From positions 1-64,000 of the IMG/VR virus record IMGVR_UViG_3300026549_000063: 64,000 nucleotides of DNA; one strand, 5' to 3'. The stretch comes from a virus (lineage: Duplodnaviria; Caudoviricetes). This document shows, in pieces, positions 61,492-64,000 of the stretch (the stretch's first letter is position 1; each line of letters starts with the position of its first letter). The position numbers and the translations under genes are program-made. The notes under the pieces were generated by a model. It saw only the letters and a list, made by a program, of their open reading frames with translations. It searched no databases and was not told the DNA's origin.

Positions 61492-62091
61492 ATGAAAAAT
61501 GGTAATATTCCTGAGAATAAAGAAGAGCTTAGAAAGGTCTTCATCGACTATCACATTAACTACAAAGAACTCGAACCTCTCGATGGAGTAGAAGTGTGGC
61601 AGGCCGATGTTACTGCCGATACTAACTTCATTGGCACTGTATACGGCGTTCCAGTAATTCTGGTAGGTTCCTCTACTCTAGCTGACCCTAATGCCATTGG
61701 TTGTAAGTATCACGAAGTTGCTCACATCAAATATGAGCCTGCAGTACCTAGACATGTTAAAGAGATCAATGACGGGCTTTGGGCACACTGGGGTCCGGTA
61801 GCTGTCAGATATGAAGAACAAGCTGATTATTTTGCCTGTCTTAAGGGCTATGGTAAGCAATTAAGAAATTATCTTGCTGCCAGTGATGCCAGATATCGCA
61901 GCTATGGTTTCAAATATACCGGCGATACACTTGATAGAATAGCGCGCATCGATCATTGGCTTGAATCAGGTGAGTGGACTGATAACGGTCTAGAGCGTCT
62001 TCCCACTAAAGAAGAAGTTGAGATTGCTGCTAAAGCAGCCGGAGAAGATCTCACAATGTTCTACCTAATGATAGGTTTTCATCACGACTAA
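61492..62091 (+). CDS. Zincin-like metallopeptidase domain protein, paralog 1
   Basis: YHEVAH ... AHWGPVAVRYEEQADYFACLKGYG ... GDTLDRIARI. Confidence 0.65.
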   Translation: MKNGNIPENKEELRKVFIDYHINYKELEPLDGVEVWQADVTADTNFIGTVYGVPVILVGSSTLADPNAIGCKYHEVAHIKYEPAVPRHVKEINDGLWAHWGPVAVRYEEQADYFACLKGYGKQLRNYLAASDARYRSYGFKYTGDTLDRIARIDHWLESGEWTDNGLERLPTKEEVEIAAKAAGEDLTMFYLMIGFHHD

Positions 62092-62258
62092 TCTTTAGGC
62101 TTTAACGAAAATAGGTAGCGACTGTTGCTTGGCCGCTACTTCTTTATTTTTTGTATGTTCATCGTATTTTTTCATTTATATATTATCAAATTGAATACAC
62201 TGGGTCAGAGTCTTCTCTGACTCATTTCATCAACCTGATAAACCTGAGGAGGTTTATT

Positions 62259-62975
62259 ATGAAGATTTATAACACTTACAGAGAGCAACTGGCTCACGCA
62301 GCGGAAGAAGGGGTGACCCTTCTCCCTGTCACTGACGAGGAGAAGGCCAAGTTTATGGCATATTTTAAGCACCCTGAGCCCAAGGACGCTCAGGGCATGC
62401 GTGAGCTTGCTAGATATATGTCCATTACTTTCCAGGAGAACGCTTGGGAAGTAGACGGGCACCCGGTGTGGGTTGGGGATGTTTGCCCTGACCCAAATTT
62501 CATGGGCGTTCTGCCCGGGTGCCCTATCATCGTCTGCGGTTCATCTATGGCGCTTGACCCTGATAGGGTAGCGCTATCCTACCACGAGGTTGGCCACCTC
62601 GAGTATGATCCGGCTAAGGCTCCTGATTGGGTTCTTCAGAATCCGGCAGATGCCATGTTTGCACACTGGGGTCCGGTAGCCGCAAGACATGAGGAGCAGG
62701 CTGACCACTATGCCTGCATCCACGGCTACGGAGAAGGTCTCCTCCGCGCCCTCAAGAGGGCGGTCGGAAGGCTTAAGGCTATGGGCCTTAAGTACTTCGG
62801 AGATACTCTTGACCGAATTGCCAGGATTGAGCACTACCTGGCAACTGGGGAATGGGTCGATGACGGTCTCACCCGTCTCCCTACTAACAGGGAAATCCGT
62901 GAGGCTGCCGCCAAGGCAGGAGTAGATGCGTTTACCGTATCGCTCTGCTGCGGTAGGGATGTCTCCCAGGACTAA
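62259..62975 (+). CDS. Zincin-like metallopeptidase domain protein, paralog 2
   Basis: YHEVGH ... AHWGPVAARHEEQADHYACIHGYG ... GDTLDRIARI; ATG at 62259 after GAGGAGG; own promoter at 62177. Confidence 0.7.
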   Translation: MKIYNTYREQLAHAAEEGVTLLPVTDEEKAKFMAYFKHPEPKDAQGMRELARYMSITFQENAWEVDGHPVWVGDVCPDPNFMGVLPGCPIIVCGSSMALDPDRVALSYHEVGHLEYDPAKAPDWVLQNPADAMFAHWGPVAARHEEQADHYACIHGYGEGLLRALKRAVGRLKAMGLKYFGDTLDRIARIEHYLATGEWVDDGLTRLPTNREIREAAAKAGVDAFTVSLCCGRDVSQD

Positions 62976-63095
62976 GGGAACAGTCGAGCAGCTTAAGCTT
63001 AAGAAGCGGTGGGGTAAAACCTGCTGCTTCTTTTTTTATTATATTCATTAGTTTTTTATCTATATATCACTTAACTGAATACAAAGGAGGTAGTC

Positions 63096-63188
63096 ATGAT
63101 AATACTCTGGTATCTTTTCCAATTTATTATTGGAGTGGCGTTTTGGATTTACGTCATTCACTATATCTTCCATGGTGATGATGACTGA
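63096..63188 (+). CDS. 30-aa single-pass membrane peptide, not in the ORF track
   Basis: MIILWYLFQFIIGVAFWIYVIHYIFHGDDD; promoter TATATATCAC at 63061 and AAAGGAGG RBS. Confidence 0.65.
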   Translation: MIILWYLFQFIIGVAFWIYVIHYIFHGDDD

Positions 63189-63286
63189 AGATCAACTAGA
63201 ATCTTCCAGACGATTGGAAGTAGAATCTAACTTATGTGAGTTAGAGGAGTAAGGCTATTGCCTTACTCCTCTATTTATTTTTTTTG

Positions 63287-64000
63287 TTAAAATAGTCTTC
63301 TAAGTCTATCAGCTACTACATTAACTAAGTCTTTAGCTGAATCTATGAAACTGCTATCATCTCCAGTTAACATATTCTTAGCTAATTGATTAACCTCAGC
63401 ATCTGCAGGAGCTCCATCGACTATCTGTCCGAACTGTTCTCTTGACCACTTAAGGATATCGCTCATACGTGTAGATAGATTGTTCTCAGGGTTAGTATCC
63501 AGTAACAGTCTGTATACATATACAGTAGTATCCTGACCTATACGGTAGCAGCGATCAGATGCCTGTTCGTAGTCAGTAGATCTATAAGGCACATTTAAGA
63601 AGATAACTGTATTAGCTTCATTGATAGTGTGACCGGTAGACATACACTTGATACTTGCTATCAACGGATTAAGAGAAGGATCGTTCTTAAACGTAGATAC
63701 TAATTCTTTAGCCTGATTAGAATTCTCACCAGTTATCAGCATCGGCTTAAATCCAGCCTTAACGCATTTAGCATAAGCATCGTGTAACGAGTCTGTATAA
63801 TCAGAGAACAATATAGTCTTCTTCTCAGCAGTACCGATGATATTTATCACATCTTTACCGATAAGAGAACTGGTCATTTCCTGTCTTAATTTATTGAGAA
63901 GATTACCTATTACCTCTCCCATAACTTTAAGGCTAAGGTACTTATACACTGTACGCGAATCTCTGAATATCTTCTTCATAGCGTTAGGTAATCTGGGTAT
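63287..64000 (-). CDS. SNF2/SF2 helicase, C-terminal part (gene starts beyond the window)
   Basis: LIASIKCMSTGHTINEANTVIFLNVPY...YEQASDRCYRIGQ (motifs V and VI); the frame stays open to the window end. Confidence 0.85.
   Translation of the reverse strand: MPRLPNAMKKIFRDSRTVYKYLSLKVMGEVIGNLLNKLRQEMTSSLIGKDVINIIGTAEKKTILFSDYTDSLHDAYAKCVKAGFKPMLITGENSNQAKELVSTFKNDPSLNPLIASIKCMSTGHTINEANTVIFLNVPYRSTDYEQASDRCYRIGQDTTVYVYRLLLDTNPENNLSTRMSDILKWSREQFGQIVDGAPADAEVNQLAKNMLTGDDSSFIDSAKDLVNVVADRLRRLF

Noticed and set aside
1-64000. tRNA, rRNA, integrase, IS element, chimallin or PhuZ genes
   Set aside because: No supporting sequence recognised in this window; absence here says nothing about the rest of the genome.

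Overview
A 64-kb segment of a phiKZ-like jumbo phage genome (multisubunit RNA polymerases; related to the nucleus-forming Chimalliviridae, though no chimallin gene is visible here). It carries core genes: a terminase large subunit, a non-virion RNAP beta-type subunit, a virion RNAP beta-prime catalytic subunit, a 3936-aa gp181-like tail/tape-measure protein with two peptidoglycan hydrolase domains, many virion/head proteins with protease-cleavable propeptides, and the C-terminal end of a SNF2-type helicase. Between these are short early cassettes, each with a TATATATYAY promoter, usually a 5' hairpin, and a terminator. Accessory genes include a Dam-family methylase, an SMI1/KNR4 protein, a DUF2828 (TROVE/vWA-like) protein, NrdG/NrdD and several HExxH metallopeptidase-like proteins. 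Most notable: (1) two structured RNA units with an ACAGCA internal loop and compensatory changes upstream of the DUF2828 gene; (2) three hairpins with different stems presenting the identical 11-nt loop GGGTAGCCACT upstream of the nvRNAP gene; (3) a nucleotidyltransferase-like domain inserted into the virion RNAP catalytic subunit; (4) a class III RNR with an Ala-initiated mini-intein at the catalytic Cys and its glycyl-radical loop encoded by a separate 54-aa ORF missed by the ORF track. All family assignments come from motif recognition, not from database searches.
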